A stretch of 64,000 nucleotides of DNA from Eledone cirrhosa (GCA_964016885.1 OZ024744.1:117118001-117182000); one strand, 5' to 3'. Positions 47,121-59,992 are shown, counted from the first letter of the stretch. The notes: a model not told the origin generated them from the letters alone. Made by a program: numbers and translations.

Positions 47121-48392
47121 CAGGGTGCGGACAAAATAACACAGTAGTTTTATTTTTTAAGATTTATTTATCAAACTTGGGTCAGTTTGTCTTCATGACT
47201 TGTTCTTTCGATCTCACTTGATAAACCCGCCATTGGATTTAATGACGGCCTCAAGGCAGCCTCGGAACCGGCTACTGGCCTTCATCACTGTCCCCCGACT
47301 TAGGCCCCTAAAGGCACTTGTGATCCTGGCCTTCAGATCGTCTTTCGTATTACAGCTAGATCTGTTGGTGTCTCATCCCACTGTGCCCCACACAAAGAAG
47401 TCGAGGGGGTTGCAGTCAGACGAGCTGGGAGGCCAGATGTCAGGTGAAGTGTGGTCGACGAATTCTCTGACACCCAGGGTTGGGTCTTTCGGCTGGTATG
47501 GCAGGGCGCTGAGTCTTGCTGCCACACGTACGGCCTACCTGCAGCTACCTGGTCAATCCAGGGCTTTACTACCTCACTCACAATGCGGATGTAGCCATCG
47601 GTGTTCAGCTTGAGGCCCTCAGGGAAGAAGTGAGGTGGCATGACGTCACCTTGACTGCTGACGACACCTAAGACCAATGTTGTCGCTGGAAACTTTGTCT
47701 GCATGACTCTGGGCACGTCTTTGGATGAGACAGCGAGCCACCTGTTGTTCTGGGAGTTGATCTTCTGGTCTTGGCAGAAGTTTTTCTCGTTGGAGAAAAA
47801 CCACAGCATGTCTGGCTCCAGTGGGTGTTTCAACTTGTTGATCAGCTTTGCGTGCTTCAGTCGCTTTTCTTGCATCACCTTTGACAGAAATTGTCCTTTC
47901 CTCATCTTGTATGAAACGTAGCAAATGTCTTCATTTACCACCAGCCTAATGAGCTTTTCATCCACGCCTTTCTCCCTTGCAATGGCACGCATCGACTTGC
48001 TAGGTTCATTGTTGATGATATCCTGAACTTCAGCGACGAACTCGGGCGTTCTGAAGGCGTCAGATCGTCGATCATGTGTTTTCCTCTCTGATGTTGCTTC
48101 GTAGTCGAATCCTGAATCTTCCAATTCCTTTCTGACCTTTTCCACCATTCTCCTGCTGACGCTGAGAAAGTCTGAAATTTCCTTATTTGTCCTCTCGGCG
48201 CGGATTCCAAGAAGAACTCCGTGTCTCTTCCACAAATTTGGAGGTTCAAAATTATTCATAATCAATTATTCTGAAAATAAATAATGGAAATGTAGTCACT
48301 GTTTTTATGAAGACAAGAGTGACAACGGAAGTAAAAAAAATTTGCATAAAATTAGCAGTTGACAATTGCGAACAAATATCGTCCACACCCTG
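47121..48392 (-). mobile_element. Tc1/mariner DD37D (maT-type) transposon, defective
   Basis: TIRs cagggtgcggac / gtccacaccctg in TA tracts. Transposase 48259 to 47214: WFFSNEKNF (first D to N), WQQDSAPCH, frameshift, WPPSSSDCNPLDF; 37 residues between D2 and D3 after frameshift repair. Confidence 0.9.
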
Positions 48393-48404
48393 TATATATG
48401 TTTG

Positions 48405-48483
<79 letters not shown>

Positions 48484-48654
48484 GTTTGTATATATATGTA
48501 TATATAAATATGTATATATGTATGTCTATATGTATATATACATTTATAAAGATAAGTGTCATTTTATTTCTTGTTATATACAAAGTATGTTCAAAAAGTA
48601 TGTGTAACAACAGTTTGTATATTTGTTATTTATGTGTGTGTATATGTGACTGGC

Positions 48655-51600
48655 AACGGTTCTCACCTCCACCACATTTAGTATACATGTCCAACGCTTT
48701 ATGCTAACCACTCCTTCATGAATATATCATAGAACAGACAAGGGGAGGACGGAGGATCCGTAAGCCGCAATGTAGGCAACTCGTCTAGGAAAGCAACCAC
48801 TCCAAATAAATTGGTGCGGAGTAGAGAAGTCCTCTCAGTCCAGTAAGACAACTTCCCTAGTGCTGGTGGGATGAATAAAAGCACCCAGTCCATGCTGTAA
48901 AATGGAGGAGTAGATAGGGCCCCCGAGTCCAGTAAGAAGACCTCTCTAGTACTGGTGACATGAATAAAAACACCCAGTCCATGCTGTAAAGTGGTGCTGG
49001 TGTTAGGAAGGGCATACAACCAGTATAATAAAAAGCCAAAATTATGAGCACAACAAATAAGAATTGCAACAACTACGTAAACAGCAATAACACTAACCAT
49101 GTTAGGGCTGCGCATGGTAGTGGGGTGGCTAGTGAGGCCATGTGTGAGAACCCCACGACCTTCATCAAGCAATCGCACAACAGGAAAAAGAATGGGATGT
49201 CGCATCTCAAAGTTGCCACACTTAATGTTGGCACTCTAACAGGTAGATCTGGTGAGATAGTGGAGATGCTGGAGAGAAAGCATGTGGATGTGTGCTGTGT
49301 GCAAGAGGTGAGATGGAGAGGTGCCTCTGCAAGACTAATCGCAGGCAAACATCGTAGTTATAAGCTTTTCTGGGTGGGTAATGATGATGGGTTAGGTGGG
49401 GTGGGCATATTACTGACTGAGAGATGGATCAATAAGACAATAGAGGTAGTTAGAGTTAGTGATAGAACAATTAAGCTTAGATTAGTTGTAGACAAGAGAC
49501 TACTGACAATCCTCTCTGCCTATGCTCCCCAGGCAGGCCTAGGTAAAGAAGAGAAAGACTGCTTTTACGAGCAACTTTTACAAACAACATCAATGACAGA
49601 GGACAGAGACATTGTTATGCTAGCAGGGAACTTCAATAGTCATGTTGGACAGCTCCAGGGTGGATACACTGGGGTACATGGTGGGCACAGTTACGGCTCA
49701 AGAAATGAAGAAGGAATGAGGCTTCTTGAACTTTGTGATGCAAATGCACTAACCATTTGCAACACTAACTTCCAGAAGCCTACCAACCACCTAATTACCT
49801 ACAAATCAGGCGAGCACATAAGCCAGATTGACTTCCTGCTAGTTAGACAGTGAGACAGACAGATGGTGTCAAATACTAAGGCATACCCCGGGGAAGAATA
49901 TACCCCAGGGCATAGGTTAGTCGTTAGTGACATCTCAGTAAGCAAGAGACAGAATGAGACATACAGGAAGGGTTGGAAAAGAAAGGTCTGGAAGCTAAAA
50001 GATCTTTCATTAAAATATAAATTTAGCAAAGCCTTTCAAGATGTGTATGACGAAAAAGAAGACGATTTAGAGTTGTATGACATAGATGATAACTGGAGTT
50101 TCTTGCATGACAACTTACTGCAGGCTACTGAAGAAACTTGTGGTTGGGGCAGAGATTCAAGCAGACAGAGAGTGACCTGGTGGTGGAACAGCACAGTCGA
50201 TAAGGCCATTGGAGACAAAAGACTGGCATGGAAAGCTTGGAATAATGGTGGGAGTAGAGATGGATACACAGCCGCTAAGAGAGAAGCTAGGCGTCAGGTG
50301 TACTTAGCATGCAGGGAGGCTGAGAGTAGGAGATTTTCTAATGTTCTGTGATGGGAAGATCAGAGGCGTGCAGTGTTCCACATTGGAAGGCAGTGTGTCA
50401 GTGTAAATCAGGATGTTGTTGGAGATAAGTGCGTCCAGAATCATGCCGATGTACTTAGTGTCACAAATGATCAAAAAAAAGAGGCCTGGAAATGTTATTA
50501 TGAGAGACTGATGAAATTAGAAAACGAATGGGACAGATAGGAATTACCCCCAGTAGTCCCGACAGAGGGACCAGCTATTGAGATTGACGAATATAGGGTA
50601 CAAGAGGCAATTAAGGAAATGAAGAATGGTAAGGCTGCTGGGCCATCGGGGATAGTTGCTGAGATGCTGAAGGCATCAGGGGATGTAGGCACTAAACTAG
50701 TTACACGCATCATTAATCAAGCTATATATGGTGGTGTCATACCCAAAGACTGGTGCAGCAGTATTCTCATAAATTGCTACAAAGGTAAAGGGGATACTCT
50801 AGAGAGGAGCAATTATAGGGGTATAAAACTAATTGATCAAGTTATGAAAGTGGCAGAGAGAATATTAGCGCAACTGATTAGAGAAAGGGTCAATAGCCTT
50901 TGTTGCCCTAGAGAAGGCCTTTGATAGGGTAACCCGATCTGTCATCTGGTGGTCCCTAAGGAAACTAGGTGTAGAGGAATGGCTTGTGAGGACAGCGCAA
51001 ACTTTGTACAGAGGTACTGTCAGTAAAGTGAGGGTAGGAATGGAGTTTAGTGAGGAATTCCAGATACAAGTAGGTGTTCATCAAGGTTCTGTCCTCAGCC
51101 TGCTCTTGTTCATTATAGTCCTCCAAGCCATAACAGAGGAGTTTAAGACTGGATGCCCATGGAAACTTCTCTATGCTGACGATCTGGTTCTTATAGCAGA
51201 ATCAGTAGAGGAGCTAGAGAATAAATTCTGGCTATGGAAACAGCAGTTGGAATCAAGAGGACTGAGAGTGAACCTAGCTAAGACAAATGTGTTGATGAGT
51301 AGAAAAAAGGACAATACTCTGATTCTGTCAGGGAAATGGCCATGTTCGATATGTAGGAAAGGAACTGGCATAAATTCTATAAAATGTACGCAGTGCAGAT
51401 CTTGGGTACACAAGAGATGTAGCGGGATAGCAGGCAAACTAACAGGTAAGGAAAACTACATATGCAGTAGATGTTCAGGGATATTTGACAGTAGTAATCG
51501 CAGTGATAGACACATTTTTCAAATGCAGGTGGGTTCTATAGAAGTGGTTGATAGCTTCCGGTACCTAGGTGATCAGATTAGCCTGGGAAGGGGGGGGGTT

Positions 51601-52122
51601 TCCGAGGCCATAGTATTTAGAATGATGGGTTGGAAGAAGTTTAGGGAGCTGCTTCCTCTGTTGACTAAGAAGGGTTTCTACATGCATACAAAAGGACGGT
51701 TATATCATGCCTGTGTGAGATGCGCGATGCTGCATGGTAGTGAGACATGGGCGATGGCTGGAGAGAAATGAGGCAAATATGCTCCGATGGATGTGCAATG
51801 TCAATGTAAGTGAACGACCAAGCACAGGTGAGTTATGAGTAAAAGAGGGATAAGTTGTGGTGTGCAGGAGAGAAGGCTGAGATGGTATGGACATGTGATG
51901 TACATGGAGGATGACCGTTGGGTAAAGAAGTGCCAAAAAATCCCAGTAGAGGTAGACCATGAAAAACATGGGCGGAGGTGGTGAGAGCAGACCTTAGATC
52001 GCTGAAACTCACCGAGGAGATGACGAAGGACTGTGACAAGTGGAGAGATGCTGTGCTGAATAGGACCCGTCTAACCCTTGCAAGCAAGGAAAAGCGGACG
52101 TAAAATGATGATGATGATGATG
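48655..52122 (+). mobile_element. Near full-length RTE LINE, decayed
   Basis: ATLNVGTL, VQEVRW, SAYAPQ, QIDFLL, HQGSVLS, LLYADDL, PHD-like C/H finger, (GAT)n tail; stops and internal deletions. 5' boundary approximate. Confidence 0.95.
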
Positions 52123-52153
52123 ATATATGTGTGCGTATGTATATATATATGTT

Positions 52154-52206
<53 letters not shown>

Positions 52207-52531
52207 GTGTATATATATATATGTATGTATAAGTATGTATATATCTGTATATTTATGGGGATGTGGATGTGTGTGTGTGTGCACGTATGGGTGTAGCGAA
52301 TGTATATGTATATATGTGTGTGTGTTTGTATGTGCATGTAGGCACACATGTACGTATGTGTGAGTGTGTGAGTATAGGTATATGTGCTTGTATATAGGTG
52401 TGTTTATATATACATATAGATTTATTAGTTTCCCCTTTACATTATGTCCTTTATTTTATTTCAGCCTCACTTTCAATTGTCCTAGACTCTGTTTTGAAAT
52501 CCATATCTCACTTCCATTTTAAATAAAATTT

Positions 52532-52598
52532 CATTCTGACGATTGAAGTCAGACGTCTGATTCAGGCTCATCTGTCTTCGTGAAACCTTTGGTAAATG
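52532..52598 (+). ncRNA. Type I hammerhead ribozyme (inverted paralog of 41673-41741)
   Basis: catt-CUGACGA-...-GAAA-cctttgg-UA-aatg. Confidence 0.75.
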
Positions 52599-52857
52599 GA
52601 ATAATTGTCTTATGTTGTTTATTATATAACTATATATATATTATATATGATGTTGTCTGTATATATATATATATATATATTATATGTTATATATGATGTT
52701 GTCTGTCTATGTGCCTGTGTGTCTCTGTCTGTCTGTCCATCTGTTTGTCTGTGTATCTGTCTGTCTCTGACTGTCTGTCTGTCTCTGACTGTCTGTCTGT
52801 GTCTGTCTGTCTTTGTGTATTCATATTAATTTAATAAACTTTGTTCTCTATCTTCAG

Positions 52858-53042
52858 TTCTATATCATCGATTCCAATATATGAGAATGTAGTTGAGAAA
52901 AGTTCCGCCACAAAAGTGTCAGAGAAACCATTTGACACAGACACCGATGTTCCACCAGCTCTTCCACCCCGGATCTACAGACTTTCATCAAGAGAGGCTT
53001 TAACCATGAATAACACCAAAAACACTAATAATAGTAATAATA

Positions 53043-53084
<42 letters not shown>

Positions 53085-53282
53085 GTAGTAATAATACTGA
53101 CAATGAAGACAAACCGTTCGGCAAACAGCCTACTCTGGCATCGTCCCTTTCTGGGAATTTCCTACGGAAGAAGATCTATGCTGAACAACTTCGTGCCCAA
53201 GCTAAACGCTTCTCTGAACAAGCCAGAGGGATGTATATTGTTAAAACAACTCCGAAAATAGGTTTTGCTGAACAAACAAAAG
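52858..53282 (+). CDS. Host gene internal exon C (YENV, PPALPPR, Asn tract, KKIYAEQLRAQAKRF)
   Basis: Acceptor ttgttctctatcttcag|T (phase 2), donor AAG|gtatgt at 53283; open frame throughout. Confidence 0.72.
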
Positions 53283-53447
53283 GTATGTACTATATTTTAA
53301 TTGGATTCATTTACTAAAATAAATTTGTTTTTTCCTTCTGTGTGTATTTTCATTTCACAATAAATTCTACAGGTAAAGATGTATTATTAATTTGGCTGCT
53401 GTGTGTGTGTTTGTCATCGTTGTCATTTTAACGTCCACTTTCCCTGT

Positions 53448-54006
53448 TAGCAGGGGTTAGACAGGTCTACATAGACCAAGTCAGTACTGAAGTGGGGGTA
53501 CTGATCTCCCAGACAGATCAGGGATCTGTCATAACACCTATATTCCCGGCAGGGGTTAGACAGATCTACATAGACCAAGTCAGTACTGAAGTGGGGGTAC
53601 TGATCTCCCAGACAAACCAGGGATCTGTCATATCACCTATATTCTCAGCAAGGGTTAGACAGATCTACATAGACCAAGTCAGTACTGAAGTGGGGTACTG
53701 ATCTCCCAGACAAATCAGGGATCTGTCATATCACCTATATTCCCAGCAGGGGTTAGACAGATCTACATAGACCAAGTCAGTACTGAAGTGGGGGTACTGA
53801 TCTCCCAGACAAGCCAGGGACCTGTCATATCACCTATGTTCCCAGCAGGGGTTAGACAGGTCTACATAGACCAAGTCAGTACTGAAGTGGGGTACTGATC
53901 TCCCAGACAAATCAGGGATCTGTCATATCACCTATATTCCCAGCAGGGGTTAGACAGGTCTAGATAAACCAAGTCAGTACTGAAGTGGGGTACTGATCTC
54001 CCAGAT
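53448..54006. repeat. 98-99 bp minisatellite (~5.5 copies)
   Basis: Unit gcaggggttagacagatctacatagaccaagtcagtactgaagtgggggtactgatctcccagacaaatcagggatctgtcatatcacctatattccca. Confidence 0.93.
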
Positions 54007-54431
54007 GAGGCAGGAGGTCAGTAACTCATTTATGTATGGTCTCACGTTCTACCAAGTCCACAGGAGAGGCTGTCATGTCTTTGAAACAACTGCAGTATCC
54101 TTCTAACCCTTTCTTATTTTACAAACTTTCTATAGCTGGATTCCCTTCCTATCAACACCCACTTTGCAGTGCAGTTGTTGTCGTTATTGTGTAGGTCAAC
54201 AACATTAGGGAGGTTGCTGTACTGAGACATGATTGAAGGCTTCTCTTAACCAATATACACACATCACATATATATATCGGCATCATAGTACTGCTGCCTC
54301 AGTCATTGAGTATGGCCCTGTCCTGTAGTACTTGACTGTGTGGGTTACTAGTTTGACTCCTACTTCCTAAGATGTATCTCAGCAACTATCACAGATGGTC
54401 CCGTAGATTTACTATTTTTCATATAGTCAAT

Positions 54432-54878
54432 TTCGTTAGCTGGTCCCTTTGTTAGCTGGTGCCTTTGTTAGTTGGTCCCTTCATTAGCTGGTCCGTTTGT
54501 TAGTTGGTTGGTCCCTTCGACAGCTGGCCCCTTTGTTAGCTGGCCCCTTTGTTAGTTGGTCCCTTTGTTAGTTGGTCCCTTCGTTAGTTGGTCGCTTCGT
54601 TAGTTGGTCCCTTCGTTAGCTGGTCCCTTCGTTAGCTGGTCCCTTTGTTAGCTGGTCCCTTCGTTAGTTGGTCCCTTTGTTAGTTGGTCCCTTCGTTAGC
54701 TGGTCCCTTTGTTAGTTGGTCCCTTTGTTAGCTGGCTCCTTTGCTAGCTGGTCCCTTTGTTAATTGGTCCCTTTGTTAGTTGGTCCCTTTGTTAGCTGGT
54801 CCCTTTGTTAGCTGGTCCCTTTGTTAACTGGTCTCTTTGTTAACTGGTCCCTTCGATAGCTAGTCCCTTCGTTAGTTG
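54432..54878. repeat. 16-bp minisatellite (~27 copies)
   Basis: Unit ttagctggtccctttg. Confidence 0.93.
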
Positions 54879-55321
54879 GGGGTAGCCGTTCTTCCTTGTT
54901 TTCATTCTCCCCATTCATTAACTTCACATTGTAGCAGCAGGGATACTGATATAAATATACCCAGCTGCAGAAACCATGCCAAAACTCTTTGGTCCCAAAT
55001 AATGGCGTGGGTGTGGGTGTGTGTGTGTGGGAGGGGGGGAACAAGTAGTAATTTTGCTAGGTTGTCTCCGTTAATTTTTTCAAAAACCAGAATTAGTTGT
55101 TTAGTTTACATATTGAGACACCAACCCATCCTATTTATTTTATAACATCTGGGATTTCTAGTAACGTATTTCTTTTGTCATGTATAATGTTTTTTAATGT
55201 CTAAAGAACATTAATTGTTGCTGGAATGGTTTCACTTAATATAACATTTAATAAGAGGAAAGGGATGAACAAATTTGAAAAATTAATAAGTGGGACGTGG
55301 GGGTGATTATTCGAGACCTGT

Positions 55322-55647
55322 GGAGGCACATGGCTTAGTGGTTAGAGCATTGGCCTTGCAATCGAAAGGTTGTGAGTTCAATTCTCAGACCGGGTGGTGT
55401 GTTGTTTCCTTGAGCAAGACACTTTATTTCATATTGCTCCAGTTTACTCAGCTGTAGAAATGAGATGATAGGGACTGGGGTCCATATCATTCCACTGCAA
55501 AGTGGTTGTGGAGGTGCCACGGCAAAAAAAAAGCACTCAGCACTCACTGTAAATGAGGTTGGTGTTAGGAAGGGCATCCAACTGTAGAAATCAAGCCAGA
55601 ATCAGTTCCCGTCCCACCCTTGCAAGCAGGGAAAAAGTGGACGTAAA

Positions 55648-55680
<33 letters not shown>
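55322..55680 (+). mobile_element. CORE-type SINE, full length
   Basis: Near-identical to 2889-3234. Confidence 0.88.
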
Positions 55681-56096
55681 GGAGTATATATATCTTGCCT
55701 GTTGTTGAGAGAACAGTAACTTCAATTATGTATTGTGATGACTCATCCCAATTCATGCCAGTATGAAAAGAACAAAACAAATAATACCACCACCACCACC
55801 ACCACATCACCACCATCATTATTATCATCATCATCATCATCATGTCTGACTCTTCATGCTTGTATGGGTTGAGTGTGTGTGTGCACGCATCTGTATCTTC
55901 ACATCAATGCCATTTAAAGCAAGTGGTAACGTTTGTTTATATCCTGCATAAACAATATGTCCCACAGCCGATGCGTCAGCGGAAGTCACTAATATAATTA
56001 ATATATCATACTTCCATTGCTTCATAGAAGTTGACAAAACTGTTTCATACATCCTCTTTCTTAATGTTGAAACAGTTGCATTGAGTAGCTGTTGCT

Positions 56097-58040
56097 AATG
56101 TAACAAACCAGATCTGGAGGTCAGAACAGTCCACTGTGAATGTAACAAACCAGATCTGGAGGTCAGAACAGTCCACTGTGAATGTAACAAAACAGATCTG
56201 GAGGTCAGAACAGTCCACTGTAAATGTAACAAAACAGATCTGGAGGTCAGAACAGTCCACTGTAAATGTAACAAACCAGATCTGGAGGTCAGAACAGTCC
56301 ACTGTGAATGTAATAAACCAGATCTGGAGGTCAGCAGAGTCCACTGTAAATGTAACAAACCAGATCTGGAGGTCAGAACAGTCCACTGTAAATGTAACAA
56401 ACCAGATCTGGACATCAGAACAGTCCACTGTGAATGTAACAAACCAGATCTGGAGGTCAGAACAGTCCACTGTAAATGTAACAAACCAGATCTGGAGGTC
56501 AGAACAGTCCACTGTAAATGTAACAAACCAGATCTGGACATCAGAACAGTCCACTGTGAATGTAACAAACCAGATCTGGAGGTCAGAACAGTCCACTGTA
56601 AATGTAACAAACCAGATCTGGACATCAGAACAGTCCACTGTGAATGTAACAAACCAGATCTGGAGGTCAGAACAGTCCACTGTAAATGTAACAAACCAGA
56701 TCTGGAGGTCAGAACAGTCCACTGTGAATGTAACAAACCAGATCTGGAGGTCAGAACAGTTGACTGTGAATGTAACAAACCAGATCTGGAGGTCAGAACA
56801 GTCCACTGTGAATGTAACAAACCAGATCTGGAGGTCAGCAGAGTCCACTGTGAATGTAACAAACCAGATCTGGAGGTCAGAACAGTCCACTGTAAATGTA
56901 ACAAACCAGATCTGGAGGTCAGAACAGTCCACTGTGAATGTAACAAAACAGATCTGGAGGTCAGAACAGTCCACTGTAAATGTAACAAACCAGATCTGGA
57001 GGTCAGAACAGTCCACTGTGAATGTAACAAACCAGATCTGGAGGTCAGAACAGTCCACTGTGAATGTAAAAAAACAGATCTGGACATCAGAACAGTCCAC
57101 TGTGAATGTAACAAACCAGATCTGGAGGTCAGAACAGTCCACTGTAAATGTAACAAACCAGATCTGGAGGTCAGAACAGTCCACTGTGAATGTAACAAAC
57201 CAGATCTGGAGGTCAGAACAGTTGACTGTGAATGTAACAAACCAGATCTGGAGGTCAGAACAGTCCACTGTGAATGTAACAAAACAAATCTGGACATCAG
57301 AACAGTCCACTGTGAATGTAACAAACCAGATCTGGAGGTCAGAACAGTCCACTGTGAATGTAACAAACCAGATCTGGAGGTCAGAACAGTCCACTGTGAA
57401 TGTAACAAAACAGATCTGGAGGTCAGAACAGTTGACTGTGAATGTAACAAACCAGATCTGGAGGTCAGAACAGTCCACTGTGAATGTAACAAAACAGATC
57501 TGGAGGTCAGAACAGTCCACTGTGAATGTAACAAACCAGATCTGGAGGTCAGAGCAGTCTACTGTGAATGTAACAAACCAGATCTGGAGGTCAGAACAGT
57601 CCACTGTGAATGTAACAAACCAGATCTGGAGGTCAGCAGAGTCCACTGTGAATGTAACAAACCAGATCTGGAGGTCAGCAGAGTCCACTGTGAATGTAAC
57701 AAACCAGATCTGGAGGTCAGCAGAGTCCACTGTGAATGTAACAAACCAGATCTGGAGGTCAGAACAGTCCACTGTGAATGTAACAAACCAGATCTGGAGG
57801 TCAGCAGAGTCCACTGTGAATGTAACAAACCAGATCTGGAGGTCAGCAGAGTCCACTGTGAATGTAACAAACCAGATCTGGAGGTCAGAACAGTCCACTG
57901 TGAATGTAACAAACCAGATCTGGAGGTCAGCAGAGTCCACTGTGAATGTAACAAACCAGATCTGGAGGTCAGCAGAGTCCACTGTGAATGTAACAAACCA
58001 GATCTGGAGGTCAGCAGAGTCCACTGTGAATGTAACAAAA
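56097..58040. repeat. 42-bp minisatellite (~46 copies)
   Basis: Unit aatgtaacaaaccagatctggaggtcagaacagtccactgtg. Confidence 0.97.
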
Positions 58041-58208
58041 CGCAACAGATTCCACTGAGAGCATCATGGTACCACCTTATTTTAGTATTGGAGGTTAATC
58101 AGCGTTCCTTTGTCTGGTGACTGGAAGTAGAAGAATTATTAGTAACCTGGTCACTTCTAAATATATTAAATAACTGAATAGTGTGCGTATAGTATATATA
58201 ATAAAAGA

Positions 58209-58242
<34 letters not shown>

Positions 58243-58366
58243 GTAGGAGGTCAGTTTTATTGTAGCACAATAAAGCAATGCAAATATCGGATAAGTAGCA
58301 CTCAACAGTTTATAGGACTGGAGTATAAATAATATAAGATCAAAAGATGGTTAAAAGAGTTCCATG

Positions 58367-58437
58367 TATTTTATTATGCGCATTTCAAAAATAAATATCA
58401 TCATCGGAAGATATTTGCGTTCTCATCAGATAAAATA
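58367..58437 (-). ncRNA. Minimal type I hammerhead ribozyme
   Basis: Minus strand: tattttat-CUGAUGA-gaacgcaaatatc..gatatttattttt-GAAA-tgcgca-UA-ataaaata. Confidence 0.8.
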
Positions 58438-58537
58438 GGGAGACATGATATGAGGCTTAAAAAACACTTGCGAGCAGTATGTAGATTTAACACTTCACTG
58501 CTCGCAAGTGTTTTTTAAGCTTCATATTATGTCTCCC

Positions 58538-58608
58538 TATTTTATCTGATGAGAATGCAAATATCTTCTCATGATGATATTTGTTTTTGAAATGCGCATA
58601 ATAAAATA
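58538..58608 (+). ncRNA. Minimal type I hammerhead ribozyme
   Basis: tattttat-CUGAUGA-gaatgcaaatatc ttctcatgat gatatttgttttt-GAAA-tgcgca-UA-ataaaata; 8-bp stem I, palindromic stem III. Confidence 0.82.
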
Positions 58609-58638
58609 CATGGAACTCTTTTAACCATCTTTTGATCT

Positions 58639-58688
<50 letters not shown>

Positions 58689-58689
<1 letters not shown>

Positions 58690-59372
58690 CATCATTTTAC
58701 GTCCGCTTTTCCCTGCTTGCAAGGGTGGGACGGGTTCTATTCAGCACAGCATCTCTCCATTTGTCACGGTCCTTCGTCATCTCCTCCATGAGCTTCAGCA
58801 ATCTGAGGTCTGCTCTCACCACCTCCGCCCATGATTTTCGTGGTCATGTCTATACCATCGCAGTCTTCTCTCCCATACACCACAACTTATCCCTTTATAC
58901 ACAGTTTCTCTCTCAACTCATCCATGCTCGATCATTCACACACATTGACATTGCACATCCAATGGAACATACTTGCTTCATTTCTTTCCAGCTGCTGCCC
59001 ATGTCTCACTACCATGCAGCATCGCACATCTCACACAGGCATCATATAACCGGCCTTTCGTTCATAGGGAGAAACCCTTCTTTGTCAACAGAGGAAGCAG
59101 CTCCCTAAACTTCTTCCAACCCATCCTTATTCTAGATACTATGGCCTCGGAACCCCCCCCCCCCTTCCCGTGGTAATCTGATCACCTAGGTACCGGAAGC
59201 TATCAACCACCTCTATAGGTCCTACCTGCATTTGAAAAATGTGTCTATCAATGTGACTTCTACTGTCAAATTTCTCTGAACATCTACTGTATACGTATTT
59301 TTCCCTACCTGTTAGTTTGCCTGCTATCCCACTACATCTCTTGTGTACCCAAGATCTGCATTGTGTACATTC
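58689..59372 (-). mobile_element. RTE LINE 3' fragment with internal deletions
   Basis: Reverse complement matches 51385-52110. Confidence 0.88.
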
Positions 59373-59577
59373 TGTATATATAAGATAAATGTCATAGTCA
59401 AAATTGAGAGGACAGTGTTCTGGTCATTCTATATCTCCATTTATCACATAACAAGAAAAGTGAGAGTGAGAGTTCACAGCTCTGATACTACAGACATGCG
59501 GTTAGAATGTCTCAGCAAAGAATCTGTGAATTGAGAGATCACAGCTCTCATAGTATGACATGTCTGTTAGAATGTCT

Positions 59578-59803
59578 CATGGAGGATGCCCGATGGGTGA
59601 AGAAGTGCCAGGAAATGCCAGTTGAAGGAAGACGTGGTAGAGGTAGACCACGAAAAACATGGGCGGAGGTGGTGAGAACAGACCTCAGATCACTGAAGCT
59701 CACGGTGGAGATGACGAGGGACTGTGACAAGTGGAGAGATGCTGTGCTGAATAAGTCCCACTCTTGCAAGCAGGGAAAAGCGAACATAAAATGATGATGA
59801 TGA
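59578..59803 (+). mobile_element. RTE LINE extreme 3' fragment
   Basis: MEDARWVKKCQEMPVEGRRGRGRPRKTWAEVV; (GAT)n tail. Confidence 0.85.
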
Positions 59804-59992
59804 TATATATATATATATATAAAAAAGTAAGTCCATAGAATCATTAGATAAAACTATATATACAGTATTTCTTCTCCATTCAATCAGCATAATCAACCCC
59901 ACAAAAAATCATTCAAAACGAGGCTATAAGTTTGATATATACTTATGAAGAAATAATAGATAAATAAATGACTCTAGCTACTGTATGTATAT

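Larger units (their letters stand above)
58330..58645. mobile_element. Near-perfect ~315-bp palindrome carrying one HHR per arm
   Basis: Arms 58330-58478 and 58497-58645 with an 18-nt loop, followed by (TA)n. Confidence 0.9.

Noticed and set aside
56045-58058. 640-666 aa ORFs as protein-coding genes
   Set aside because: They are pure translations of a 42-bp tandem repeat, open on both strands, with no unique domain or convincing splice context.
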